This document shows positions 1-8,356 of a stretch of DNA of 64,000 nt, piece after piece (position 1 is the stretch's first letter; each line of letters starts with the position of its first letter). The notes below the pieces were generated by a model. That model was not told where the DNA came from and ran no database searches. It saw nothing but the letters and a program-made list of their open reading frames with translations. The DNA is from a virus. The translations under genes and the position numbers were made by a program. The DNA is taken from positions 1-64,000 of IMG/VR virus record IMGVR_UViG_3300037247_001096; one strand, given 5' to 3'.

Positions 1-7
1 GCCACTG

Positions 8-976
8 CTATCTCCCGGGCACCACTCTGGACTTGGGATGGAGTCGATACTCCACCCCCCGCTCCTGGAGGAGGTTCTCACTCTTGAGCCAGCTTTCCTG
101 AACCAGTTCACTGTACCGTGCACCCTCGTCCGCCACAACACCCTCAGCCACGGCATCGGCCACGCTGGGAATGAGCCGGGCAAGGTAGCGGGCAGCATAA
201 GAGAGGGCACGTTCTCGGATGAAAGCCTCCATGCCGGTGTCGATACTAGAGGCGCCTGTCCCTGAAGCAAGGCGGCCTTGGGTGACGGTCGCAATCGTCA
301 CTCCCACTGTATCCCCTGTGAGGCTTGAGTCGTCCTCCGTCATCTCTGCTACATTCTGAGCCCCGGGGTCGGTGAAGGTAATCTCAACCGCTGTGGGTAG
401 GGCGCCCCCTGAAGCATCCACCGACACGACGCTGGACAGCGCCTCCAGCGCGGACTTCACATCGGCAGCACTCGCATTCCAGTTGATGGCGGCTGTGGTC
501 TGGCCTCCAAAGCTCAGCGTGAAGGTGCCGCCCGTACCATCGTGGCTGACACGTTGTACCTCGTTGACGCCCGCTACGGAGGCGGTGTACTCGGTAGGCC
601 GCTGGTGCCCCACCAATTTCAGGTTGCGCCCGGCCGTAATGGTGAAGAGGTCACCATCGAAGACCAGGGCGGGTGTAGTACCTACAAGGAGGAGGCGCCA
701 CTGGTTCCGCAGGATACGCTCGTCGAACCGGCCGCCGGTCGCACTCTCCAACCATACTTCATGGATGTAGGCGAAGCTGGCCGGCACGTCGTACTCGTAG
801 GTGCTTGAGGCCAGTAGTAGGGTCTCGTCATCCAGGAGGAGAAGCCACTCCTTGCTCCGGGCGTCGTGGGACGCCGCGTTGATGAATTCTAGGAGCTGAT
901 ACGCCTGCACCCGCACCATCAGGGGGTCATGCAGGTGGTTGGCAATATCCTCTCGGATGTCGTTTACAGTACTCAC
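8..976 (-). CDS. Head-tail adaptor-like virion protein with an inserted ~115-aa EVQ/GGTFTLSFGG surface domain
   Basis: Paralogous to 981-1601 (LLxFINxA...TYxYxxPxxFAYxHEV). Insert VNEVQRV...GGTFTLSFGGQTTAAINWNASAADVKSALEAL resembles a domain seen on phage virion proteins. GAGG RBS before GTG. Confidence 0.6.
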   Translation of the reverse strand: MSTVNDIREDIANHLHDPLMVRVQAYQLLEFINAASHDARSKEWLLLLDDETLLLASSTYEYDVPASFAYIHEVWLESATGGRFDERILRNQWRLLLVGTTPALVFDGDLFTITAGRNLKLVGHQRPTEYTASVAGVNEVQRVSHDGTGGTFTLSFGGQTTAAINWNASAADVKSALEALSSVVSVDASGGALPTAVEITFTDPGAQNVAEMTEDDSSLTGDTVGVTIATVTQGRLASGTGASSIDTGMEAFIRERALSYAARYLARLIPSVADAVAEGVVADEGARYSELVQESWLKSENLLQERGVEYRLHPKSRVVPGR

Positions 977-980
977 TATC

Positions 981-1601
981 TTACCTCAGCGGCACTGGGC
1001 GTGCGTACTCTTTAGGCTGAAAGCGCTCGGGCTGCTGCCGGAGCATGAGTTCACTGGTCTGAAGGGCCTCCTGCTCGAGCTGAGCGTACTGCTGAGCGTG
1101 TTGCCCCCCGTGCCGGGAAAGGTTCCGCGCCGCGTACATCGTGGCTCGCTCGCGGATGAAGCTCTCCATCCCAGCGTCGATGTTGTCCGTACCTTCGCTG
1201 TACTCAGAGGTGGGACGGGCCTGGCCAACCAACTTGACGGAGCGGGTATCGGTAATGGTGAAAAATTCCTCGCTGAAACGGAGCTTCGCAGCGCTACTGT
1301 TATAGACAAGGCGCCAGCGATTTAGGGGGACGAGCTCGGCCTCACCGTAAGTCCCCCCAGCATTCGCCACATAGACCTCATGGAGGTAAGCGAAGCCCGA
1401 GGGTATGGTGTAGTCGTAGGTGCCGGCGGCAAGCGTCAGGCTCTCGTCCTCTTCGAGGTCGATCACCCAACCCTCATTAGCCGCATCCCACGCTGCGGAG
1501 TTGATGAACTGAAGAAGCTGCTGCCGATTGACCAGCTGGTGGGCCGCATCCTGAAGGTGGTGCGCCAATTCAGACCGCAACTCATCAACTGTCCAGGCCA
1601 T
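981..1601 (-). CDS. Head-tail adaptor-like virion protein
   Basis: N-terminal helix then L-AAGTYDYTIPSGF pattern typical of adaptor/tail-tubular-A-like proteins; lies downstream of the capsid genes. Confidence 0.6.
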   Translation of the reverse strand: MAWTVDELRSELAHHLQDAAHQLVNRQQLLQFINSAAWDAANEGWVIDLEEDESLTLAAGTYDYTIPSGFAYLHEVYVANAGGTYGEAELVPLNRWRLVYNSSAAKLRFSEEFFTITDTRSVKLVGQARPTSEYSEGTDNIDAGMESFIRERATMYAARNLSRHGGQHAQQYAQLEQEALQTSELMLRQQPERFQPKEYARPVPLR

Positions 1602-1610
1602 GGTGACCCC

Positions 1611-1997
1611 CTAGTAAAGGTAAACCAACCAGATGTCCACAGCAAACGTCTTAGTAGCGTCGGTGCCCGTGGCGGTCATCGTAACATTGATATAATCTAG
1701 CACATCCTCTGGGGACAGCGACACCACATCATCACCCGTGGCGGTGTAGGTCACGCTTGCAACAGGAGCGTCGGTGCCCGCCTCAGTCAGGAGCTTGTCG
1801 TAATCAATGAGCGTCTGCCCGTTGTCGGGGGACAGCTCCACGGAGAGTACGACATTCGTGGGGGTGCTGGCCTTTACAATCTGGATGTAGAGACTGACCC
1901 TCACAGGTGAGACACCCTCGAAGTCGTGGCTCGCAGCCTGTGACGTAGGCGAGTCGTCCAGCGTCACGTCCATTAGATGGCGTATTCTAATGGGCAC
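1611..1997 (-). CDS. Hypothetical virion protein (beta-rich)
   Basis: GGAGG RBS, GTG start, tight packing in the structural operon. Confidence 0.55.
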   Translation of the reverse strand: MPIRIRHLMDVTLDDSPTSQAASHDFEGVSPVRVSLYIQIVKASTPTNVVLSVELSPDNGQTLIDYDKLLTEAGTDAPVASVTYTATGDDVVSLSPEDVLDYINVTMTATGTDATKTFAVDIWLVYLY

Positions 1998-2007
1998 AGT
2001 TTACCTC

Positions 2008-2610
2008 CTACGTCACGCTAGGCTCAGTCGCAGCTAGCTCCTGCTCGGCCTGTCCAACAAGCTGGTCGCCCGAGCTCCCGGGCTTAGCCGCCTGCTCACG
2101 CAGGTTATCCACCAGACCCGGCGGGAAGGTCTCATCAGCGTTCATCTCACTGGCGTCAAGAAGCTTCTCACGGTTCGCCTTACGAGCTTCAAGCTCCTTA
2201 AGGGTCGCCCACCCCTTGGTCACTGGGTCGCTCGACCGACGGCAAATCTTCGAGTGCTCATCGCACCACTTGATGACCTTCGGGTCTTTCGTCACCAGGA
2301 CACCATTCGAGAACTTGGCCCACACGTCACCATCCCGGCGCACCAGGGGGACTATTCCCGACGTACTACCAGCGGGGATGGGGGCTTTGACCAACTTGCC
2401 CGCCTCTACAAGCCAGTCACTCGTAGCGTGCTCCGCCGCCGCGACAAAACCCACCAGCCCTTCCTCGATGGGGGATGCCGTCACTTCCTCTGTCTGGAGC
2501 TGTGTAGCCGCGCCTTGGCGATCCGGGAGGGCGCCTGTCACTTCACCCCGCTGTTGGGGCGTCACAACACCCGCTTCAGGGGCTCCGCTGTTGCCGTATT
2601 CGTTTACCAT
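2008..2610 (-). CDS. Hypothetical protein, structural operon
   Basis: Strong RBS (GAGGAGAGAGGA) and ATG; 200 aa. Confidence 0.6.
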   Translation of the reverse strand: MVNEYGNSGAPEAGVVTPQQRGEVTGALPDRQGAATQLQTEEVTASPIEEGLVGFVAAAEHATSDWLVEAGKLVKAPIPAGSTSGIVPLVRRDGDVWAKFSNGVLVTKDPKVIKWCDEHSKICRRSSDPVTKGWATLKELEARKANREKLLDASEMNADETFPPGLVDNLREQAAKPGSSGDQLVGQAEQELAATEPSVT

Positions 2611-2638
2611 TGTTCCTCTCCTCCTCTGAAATCACTCA

Positions 2639-2690
2639 CAAGAAGCCGGTCGGCGGAGGTGCATCGAGGAGGTGACCGGCCGGCTTCTTG
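2639..2690 (-). ncRNA. Intergenic hairpin whose loop carries two anti-Shine-Dalgarno elements (candidate antisense regulator)
   Basis: 15-bp arms CAAGAAGCCGG(T/C)CGG with one imperfect pair; minus-strand loop UCACCUCCUC-GAUGCACCUCC. Confidence 0.5.
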
Positions 2691-2718
2691 ATGAGCACAC
2701 CTTAATTAGTTCTCCAGC

Positions 2719-3516
2719 TTAACTATGCTGGAGAACCCTGTACTCCGTGATGAACGAGTACCCCTCACCGACGGTTGAGACGGTGTTGAGGGTAAGTTCA
2801 GCGTTCAAACTGTCGCCACTCTCTAGGATTTGGCTCCCAACGAACAGGGAGTTGTAATCCTGGATGGAGGCATTCTCCAGGTTTGAGGTTGTGGAGTCTA
2901 GCGTCAAGTCGCTACGCGGACGCAAGTCCGTAATGAGCGTGGCCAGAATGTCCGCAAGCACCTGGTCACTCGGGGGGCCGCTCATGTCGGCATCACGGTC
3001 GGTCGTGATGTTGGTCAGATCGTAGTACGGAAGCGAGCCGGCGAGGATGTCGTTGATAAACGTCCCCAGAATATCGGCGATTACCGCATCCGCTGGCGGG
3101 CCGCTAATGTCGGCGTCACGGTCGGTCGTGAGATTGGTGATGGTGTAGGCCGGGAAGTTCAGGCCGTAGGTCTCCAAGTCAGACACGAGCGTTCCGAGAA
3201 CGTTAGCCAGCTCCTGGTTGGCAGCGGTGTCGGCATCGAACACGCGGTCTTCCGAAGCGTTCGTCAGTGAGAACGCCTGGACTGCTGTGGTCAGTGCCGT
3301 TCCCGTCAGCAACGAGTCTAGGAACTCAATGTCGACAGTAGCTCCGGTGCCAACTACGGCCACTTCCGCCATGTATCCAATTCGCAGTACCTCGACACGG
3401 AAGTTTGCTCCCCGAGGAATGGCCAGAAGGCCAACGTTGGGGGGCCTCTCATTGGCGTCTATGTCGCCCAAAGCCGCGACTGCCAGTTGTACTCCACTCT
3501 GTGGTTCCCAAGTCAT
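2719..3516 (-). CDS. Virion (head-fibre/decoration-like) protein with three internal repeats
   Basis: Three copies of (F/Y)xxTNxxxDRxxDxxxxxxxxxAxxLxTxxxD(L/I). Confidence 0.55.
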   Translation of the reverse strand: MTWEPQSGVQLAVAALGDIDANERPPNVGLLAIPRGANFRVEVLRIGYMAEVAVVGTGATVDIEFLDSLLTGTALTTAVQAFSLTNASEDRVFDADTAANQELANVLGTLVSDLETYGLNFPAYTITNLTTDRDADISGPPADAVIADILGTFINDILAGSLPYYDLTNITTDRDADMSGPPSDQVLADILATLITDLRPRSDLTLDSTTSNLENASIQDYNSLFVGSQILESGDSLNAELTLNTVSTVGEGYSFITEYRVLQHS

Positions 3517-3588
3517 CTTCGCTACTCCTTGTTCCTATCGGTTCTACCCTTTAGGGGGGCTATTTCTGCGCCGCTCCCCGGGGGCGCC

Positions 3589-3801
3589 CTACTCGTGCGG
3601 CGGGTGGTTCCCCACCCACTCCGCAAGCGTGCTGGCTATTTCGTCTAGTAACTCTTCAAGTTCCTCCACCGTGTAGAGACCTAGGTTGTACACCCGACGT
3701 AGCTCCTGCATGGACGGTTCCTCGGGCGGTACTTGCCCCTCTGCTACAATACTGTCGGCACGGATGTAGAAGTCCAGGTGGGGGTTAACGTACCTCGGCA
3801 T
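3589..3801 (-). CDS. Hypothetical protein
   Basis: 70-aa ORF overlapping the upstream gene end, with RBS GAGGA. Confidence 0.5.
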   Translation of the reverse strand: MPRYVNPHLDFYIRADSIVAEGQVPPEEPSMQELRRVYNLGLYTVEELEELLDEIASTLAEWVGNHPPHE

Positions 3802-4123
3802 CTTCCTCTACGTCCTCCGGGCAGAACCTCTCGTACAGATCAAGCTGGACGAGGGTGAGCCTCTTCTCGGCGTTCAGCCGGCCCAACTTCTCTGTGATGA
3901 GCTTCTGGGCCGCCCTTCCGATGTCAATCTCGACAGGCCGGTCGGCGGTGGCGTTCCACATTGCCTGGCTGCCTTCCTGTCGGATGTTCAGAGCCTCCAG
4001 CTCTTCCTCCCTAAACCCTAGCTTGCCCTGGGCATCACGCACGATGCGGAGCATCGTCACGTCACCCTCGGCGCCGGCTAGCAGGTTCAGAAGCATCATC
4101 CGCTCCACTACTTTAAACTCCAC
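3785..4123 (-). CDS. Hypothetical protein, possibly a fibre-assembly chaperone
   Basis: GAGGAGGTGTATC-GTG start; small helical protein directly after a fibre-like gene. Confidence 0.5.
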   Translation of the reverse strand: MEFKVVERMMLLNLLAGAEGDVTMLRIVRDAQGKLGFREEELEALNIRQEGSQAMWNATADRPVEIDIGRAAQKLITEKLGRLNAEKRLTLVQLDLYERFCPEDVEEDAEVR

Positions 4124-4153
4124 GATACACCTCCTCTAATGCCCCCCTACCGA

Positions 4154-5236
4154 TTACCAACTATCTGTAGTGTTTCCAGCGGTGAAAATCGGGATATAAT
4201 AGTCTACCGTATCAATCAGTATTCTAATCGCCCCGTCACTGGCCGCATTGTTGGTTGCAGGCCCAACCTTGATACCAGCCGAACCGCCAGCACGAGCAAA
4301 TCGGAAGAGGTTGGTAATCAGCCCTGTTGTAGCCCCACCAATCTGGAAAGCGTGGGTTATGGAAGTCGATGCAAGCGGGTTGATATTCACCGCACAGTCA
4401 ACGGCCCCACTGGAAAACACCTTCAGCTCAATAAGGGACGAAAGGTTCGCAGCCCCAAGCGACACACTTCCGGCACCCGACCTCTGTACCAGAATGACGG
4501 AAGCATTCTGGGCAGTCAGGGTCTTGCCGGAGGCTACGTCGATACCGAACTTGCCCGCGATAGCTGCGGACGTGATAGTCAACGTCTCGGTGACGTTCAC
4601 CCCCGCGTCGATGACATGGGCGTAGCCAATGTTCTTCGACAGCTCGCATGTCAGACCCAATCCCTGGAAGTCCAGGTTGGCCTGATGCTCAGTGGACTGG
4701 GCGAACTTCAAGAACTGCCAGGCGAACAACTTACCCGAGCCCGGGTTGGTGTCATTCACCACGTTCAAGCGAATCAGGAAGTGGTAGTCTGTGACGGAGA
4801 TGGTTACCGAACCCACACCGTCACCAAACGAGAGAATGTTGTTGGAGCTCCCAGCCGCGAAGGTCGCGGCGTTAAAGTCCAAACCCTTCCCCGTTAGGGT
4901 GCCTGTCCACTTCAGGGGAACGGTCGCCATATTGAGGCGGCTGTTGCCCACGTCGAACTCGACGTACTCTGTGGTGGAGCCCAGGAAGACCTTGAGGTCG
5001 ATGTCCGTGGTGCCGTCGCCAATGTTGAATGCGCCTGCATTGTCTGTCGCAGGCAACATCTCCAAGACGGAGCCGTCCCAACGCATCACGACATCGGCGT
5101 CATCGCCGAACTTGAGCTGCTCGTTGTCGCCGAAGATGAGGTCTACGTTCTCGACGATTTGCATGTCCTCTTCCCCGGTGCCAATTTCCGGCCCCTGGGG
5201 GAAGCGTACTTTTCCTGTAATGTAATCTCTTGACAT
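4154..5236 (-). CDS. Fibre/spike-like virion protein (G/A/T/S-rich, beta-strand repeats)
   Basis: Likely start MSRDYITGK after GGGGA RBS; FGDDADVVMRWDG motif; composition typical of beta-helical fibres. Confidence 0.55.
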   Translation of the reverse strand: MSRDYITGKVRFPQGPEIGTGEEDMQIVENVDLIFGDNEQLKFGDDADVVMRWDGSVLEMLPATDNAGAFNIGDGTTDIDLKVFLGSTTEYVEFDVGNSRLNMATVPLKWTGTLTGKGLDFNAATFAAGSSNNILSFGDGVGSVTISVTDYHFLIRLNVVNDTNPGSGKLFAWQFLKFAQSTEHQANLDFQGLGLTCELSKNIGYAHVIDAGVNVTETLTITSAAIAGKFGIDVASGKTLTAQNASVILVQRSGAGSVSLGAANLSSLIELKVFSSGAVDCAVNINPLASTSITHAFQIGGATTGLITNLFRFARAGGSAGIKVGPATNNAASDGAIRILIDTVDYYIPIFTAGNTTDSW

Positions 5237-5246
5237 GTTGTTTCCC

Positions 5247-5513
5247 CTAGATACTTGTCCACGTGTCGTTCCGCTGCTGCCACAGGGTTCCTGCGCCATC
5301 CACGGCACTGATGTAGAGCGAGCCGTCTGCGTATTTGGCGTCGGCCCCTACCTCGGTAACGATTCCGGAATTCGACGTAGCTACCCCTATGAAAAGGACT
5401 ACAGGCTCACCGACATCATTCGCACCAAGCACTACCCCTCCCACGGCCCCGACACCAGTAGGTGTGAGGCCGGGGAGGTTGGCAAGGGCTCGTCCAACTG
5501 AGGTCTGACTCAT
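5247..5513 (-). CDS. Small virion protein (possible capsid decoration)
   Basis: 88 aa downstream of the MCP; GSLY...LWQ...WT C-terminal pattern. Confidence 0.45.
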   Translation of the reverse strand: MSQTSVGRALANLPGLTPTGVGAVGGVVLGANDVGEPVVLFIGVATSNSGIVTEVGADAKYADGSLYISAVDGAGTLWQQRNDTWTSI

Positions 5514-5517
5514 ATCT

Positions 5518-5949
5518 TTACGCTACTTTCGCCTGCTTGAGGGCCAAGGAGTAACCCACTCTTAAGGCTCTGTCCTCAGCAGTGATCCTATCCTGGTTAC
5601 CCGTTCGCCTACGAATTTGCGCCCGGGACTCCAAGAGAATCCACGCTTCCTGCGCCTTTGTTCGGAGGTAAGGTCTTACGGCCTCAAGCATGGTGACCGC
5701 GCGGTCACCAGTCAACTGAATACCGTACACCCTACTCCAACCAAACTTCGTCTTCCTCTCCTGTAGCACCACACCCGCCATATCCGCAACCAGCTTCATA
5801 GTCGCGTAGTGCTTCATGAAGATACCGAGGTAAGGAGTGCAACGGGCCGGCCCTGTTAGATTGAGCCTAACGCAACCCTCGCCGTCAATCAAACCAGCGA
5901 GCCAGGCCCGGTCTGTCGCACTTAGGTTTCTCACCGCAGAACCCCTCAA
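5518..5949 (-). mobile_element. Free-standing LAGLIDADG homing endonuclease
   Basis: AWLAGLIDGEG motif; PYLRTKxxxA C-terminal motif; begins 1 nt after the MCP stop. Confidence 0.85.
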
Positions 5950-5950
5950 C

Positions 5951-7153
5951 TTACGCCGTCAGGCTGAAGTTGTGGATACGAGCCTCGGCCCGAGGCCCAC
6001 TATGGATGGCGGAGACATCAGCATAGAATGCTTGCTGAATCCGAGGGCCAGTCGAGCTGGGCGGGAGCTGCCGGAGCTGTGGCCGGCCAAGCGTCCCGTG
6101 GTGACCCATCCGGTGGTTCTCCCGTCGGATGAGTAGTATCTCGTCCTGAGCCACTGCGGTGTGCAGCAAGATGTCGATGACTCCGAAGTCGGTGTTCAAA
6201 CGATCAACCGTGATGCCAGCCGTCTGGCCGGTACCCGGGCCGAGTCGCTCGGCACCGCTGAAGAACGAGCTAACCTTCCTCTTCCCCCAACCGCCGACGA
6301 TGATGGTCTTAGCCAGTTTGTCGCCGCCGACTTCGTAGAAGAGGTCTTCCAGCTCGTCGTCGATGTCACTACGGGTGAGAGCGGCACCCGCAAGGTCAGT
6401 CACCTGGGCGCCGTTGGCTGCCGTCACAAAGTCCTTGACGCCCCCCAGAAGGGAGGGAACCGAGGACGAGCCGGCAAACCGGTCACCGTGTACGAACTCC
6501 TGCTCCATGAGGACGAACTGCTCGGCTACGGTGTCCGCAGCCTGCTTGTCCAGGTCGTTCCCCTGGAGACCGTACTGCTGCGTCTCGACCATGCGGAAGG
6601 TGGCCTGCACGCCGACCGAGTGTACCTGGCTGTAGTTGAAAGGCATGGTGGTCAGACTCGTGGGCCTGAAGACCCAGTTGTCGTTCTCGTGCATCGCAAA
6701 CCCAGCCACGAACACCTCATCGGTCGAAGCCCAGGAACCTTCAGTCACACGACTGGTGATGTCGCGCTGAATGGTCAAGGCGTTGACACTTGCGTGTCCC
6801 GTCACCCGCACGAACTCGTCGTCGTTCCGGTTGTACAGAATCGTACCGACCGGGAAACGGTGAGCCGCACCAGTAACTACGAGGGTAGTGGTACCCCCAG
6901 CCGCGAGGCCGCTATGCGACAGGCGGCGGTTCCACGGGTCGTCTTCCACCCACTCGATTCGAGTGTGGGTGTACTGGAACTGTTCTACTCCACCGGTGTA
7001 CTTGAGGAAATCGGTCGAGCGCTCGCTCATGTTGACCAAGAGCGGCGCTACCCAGCGGACTCGCAGCGACGTGGTACCATCGAGCAAGAACTCCGCCGGA
7101 TAACCGCTATCCGGCATACCGGCGAAGCGCATCGTTTCTACTGTTCCTGCCAT
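5951..7153 (-). CDS. Major capsid protein (SU10/DUF5309-like, HK97 fold)
   Basis: 400 aa after the scaffold; IEWVED, NYSQV, MEQEFVHG, LLGGV and TDFGVI motifs. Confidence 0.8.
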   Translation of the reverse strand: MAGTVETMRFAGMPDSGYPAEFLLDGTTSLRVRWVAPLLVNMSERSTDFLKYTGGVEQFQYTHTRIEWVEDDPWNRRLSHSGLAAGGTTTLVVTGAAHRFPVGTILYNRNDDEFVRVTGHASVNALTIQRDITSRVTEGSWASTDEVFVAGFAMHENDNWVFRPTSLTTMPFNYSQVHSVGVQATFRMVETQQYGLQGNDLDKQAADTVAEQFVLMEQEFVHGDRFAGSSSVPSLLGGVKDFVTAANGAQVTDLAGAALTRSDIDDELEDLFYEVGGDKLAKTIIVGGWGKRKVSSFFSGAERLGPGTGQTAGITVDRLNTDFGVIDILLHTAVAQDEILLIRRENHRMGHHGTLGRPQLRQLPPSSTGPRIQQAFYADVSAIHSGPRAEARIHNFSLTA

Positions 7154-7176
7154 TTCGCTTCGCTCCTAAGTAAAAT

Positions 7177-8274
7177 CTACGCCTGTCTCACACGAACTGC
7201 ATCCCAGCTCATGCTCTTCAGGTTCTCTCTCATTGCGTCAGCGCCTGCCTCTTCAGAGAACTTCTTACCCTGGTCGACAGCACCACCCCCACCAACATCA
7301 CTCGGGGCGGAAGCCCCTGCCGGGACTCCCGGCGCGTTCGGCTGCGGCTGAGGAGCCGGAGCGGACGGAGTAGGGGTCGCTGCTACCGGCTGTGGAGCCG
7401 GTGCAGTGGCCACTTGTGGCTGGGCCGGCACTGGCGGAGGAGGCTGCACAGGGGCGACTGCCGGCTGTGCCGGGGCCTGACCCTCCTGTAGCTGCTTCTC
7501 CAAAGAAGCCGACTTCTGTTGCTCGCAGAAGAGCTCCATTTCCTCTGGAGTCTCGACTGCACCCAGGGTTTCTGGGGTCACGCCGTACTGCTTGTATTCG
7601 GCCACCAGACTGTCTACGAAGACGGTTCGGTGGTAGTTCACCAGCTCGCCTCGGTAGGAGTCTAGCTGAGCCCGTTCGTCCTGCTGAGCCCAAGTCTCCT
7701 TTGCCTTGGCTTTTTCGGCGTCCGTCAGATCACGGGTCTCAAGGTCACGAATCTGATCCGTGAGTACCTGAGACTGCGTTGTCGCCTCCTGCAACTGACG
7801 TTCGACCTGTGCATTCTGCCGGTCATGCTGGCTCTGCACAGACCTTCGCGCCTCTTCTGCCTGGTCATCAAGGAAGGTCTTTAGCCTCCCAAGAGAAGCC
7901 ACCTCTTCCTCTGGCGTTGCCTCCGGTGCACCTGCGGCTGGCGCGGTCTCCACAGGGGCCGAGGTTGTCACCGGTTGTGCCGGGGCCGCCGGCGCTGCGC
8001 CGGGAACGACCTCCACAACGGGCGGTGGCGTCGGCTCAACTACCTGTTGTGCTGCCGGCGCCGGGGGCGCTCCTGCCTGAGCTGTCGGTTGAGGTGCCGC
8101 CTCTGCTGGCTGAACCGCCGTCTCCGCTGCGGCTCCCGGCTGGGAAGCCTGCTGCGAAGGGTCGGCCTGATTCTGTGCCGTCAAAGGTCGCACTCCCTCT
8201 TTCGTCAGCTCGGCTACTTCGAGCTCTCCTAGCTTTTCTACCATTTGGGGTGTTGCTTGCGCGTCACCAGGCAT
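7177..8274 (-). CDS. Capsid scaffolding protein
   Basis: P/A/Q-rich flanks and central coiled coil, immediately upstream of the MCP. True start MPGDAQ follows GAGAGGAG; the track start at 8340 falls inside the promoter. Confidence 0.7.
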   Translation of the reverse strand: MPGDAQATPQMVEKLGELEVAELTKEGVRPLTAQNQADPSQQASQPGAAAETAVQPAEAAPQPTAQAGAPPAPAAQQVVEPTPPPVVEVVPGAAPAAPAQPVTTSAPVETAPAAGAPEATPEEEVASLGRLKTFLDDQAEEARRSVQSQHDRQNAQVERQLQEATTQSQVLTDQIRDLETRDLTDAEKAKAKETWAQQDERAQLDSYRGELVNYHRTVFVDSLVAEYKQYGVTPETLGAVETPEEMELFCEQQKSASLEKQLQEGQAPAQPAVAPVQPPPPVPAQPQVATAPAPQPVAATPTPSAPAPQPQPNAPGVPAGASAPSDVGGGGAVDQGKKFSEEAGADAMRENLKSMSWDAVRVRQA

Positions 8275-8310
8275 AAGATAGTCTCCTCTCAATTCACCTC
8301 GCGTAACTTC

Positions 8311-8340
8311 ATTATAGGGGGTCGGTGGGTAAAATGTCAA
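8311..8340 (-). promoter_or_regulatory. Sigma70-type promoter of the scaffold/capsid operon
   Basis: TTGACA-N18-TATAAT on the minus strand, preceded by AAAACCCCTGTAG. Confidence 0.8.
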
Positions 8341-8356
8341 GTGAGCTACAGGGGTT

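Noticed and set aside
5247-7153. Group I intron or intein in the capsid gene
   Set aside because: The MCP ends with a normal stop and plausible C-terminus; there is no room for intron core sequence around the LAGLIDADG ORF and no intein terminal residues.
6161-7351. 396-aa plus-strand ORF and similar long antisense ORFs (4139-4897, 13252-13974, 13805-14542, 22926-23759, 32292-32993)
   Set aside because: Shadows of real genes on the opposite strand in GC-rich DNA; no RBS or motifs.
8275-8340. N-terminal extension of the scaffold ORF given by the track
   Set aside because: The TTG is the -35 box of a consensus promoter; the RBS points to ATG 8274.
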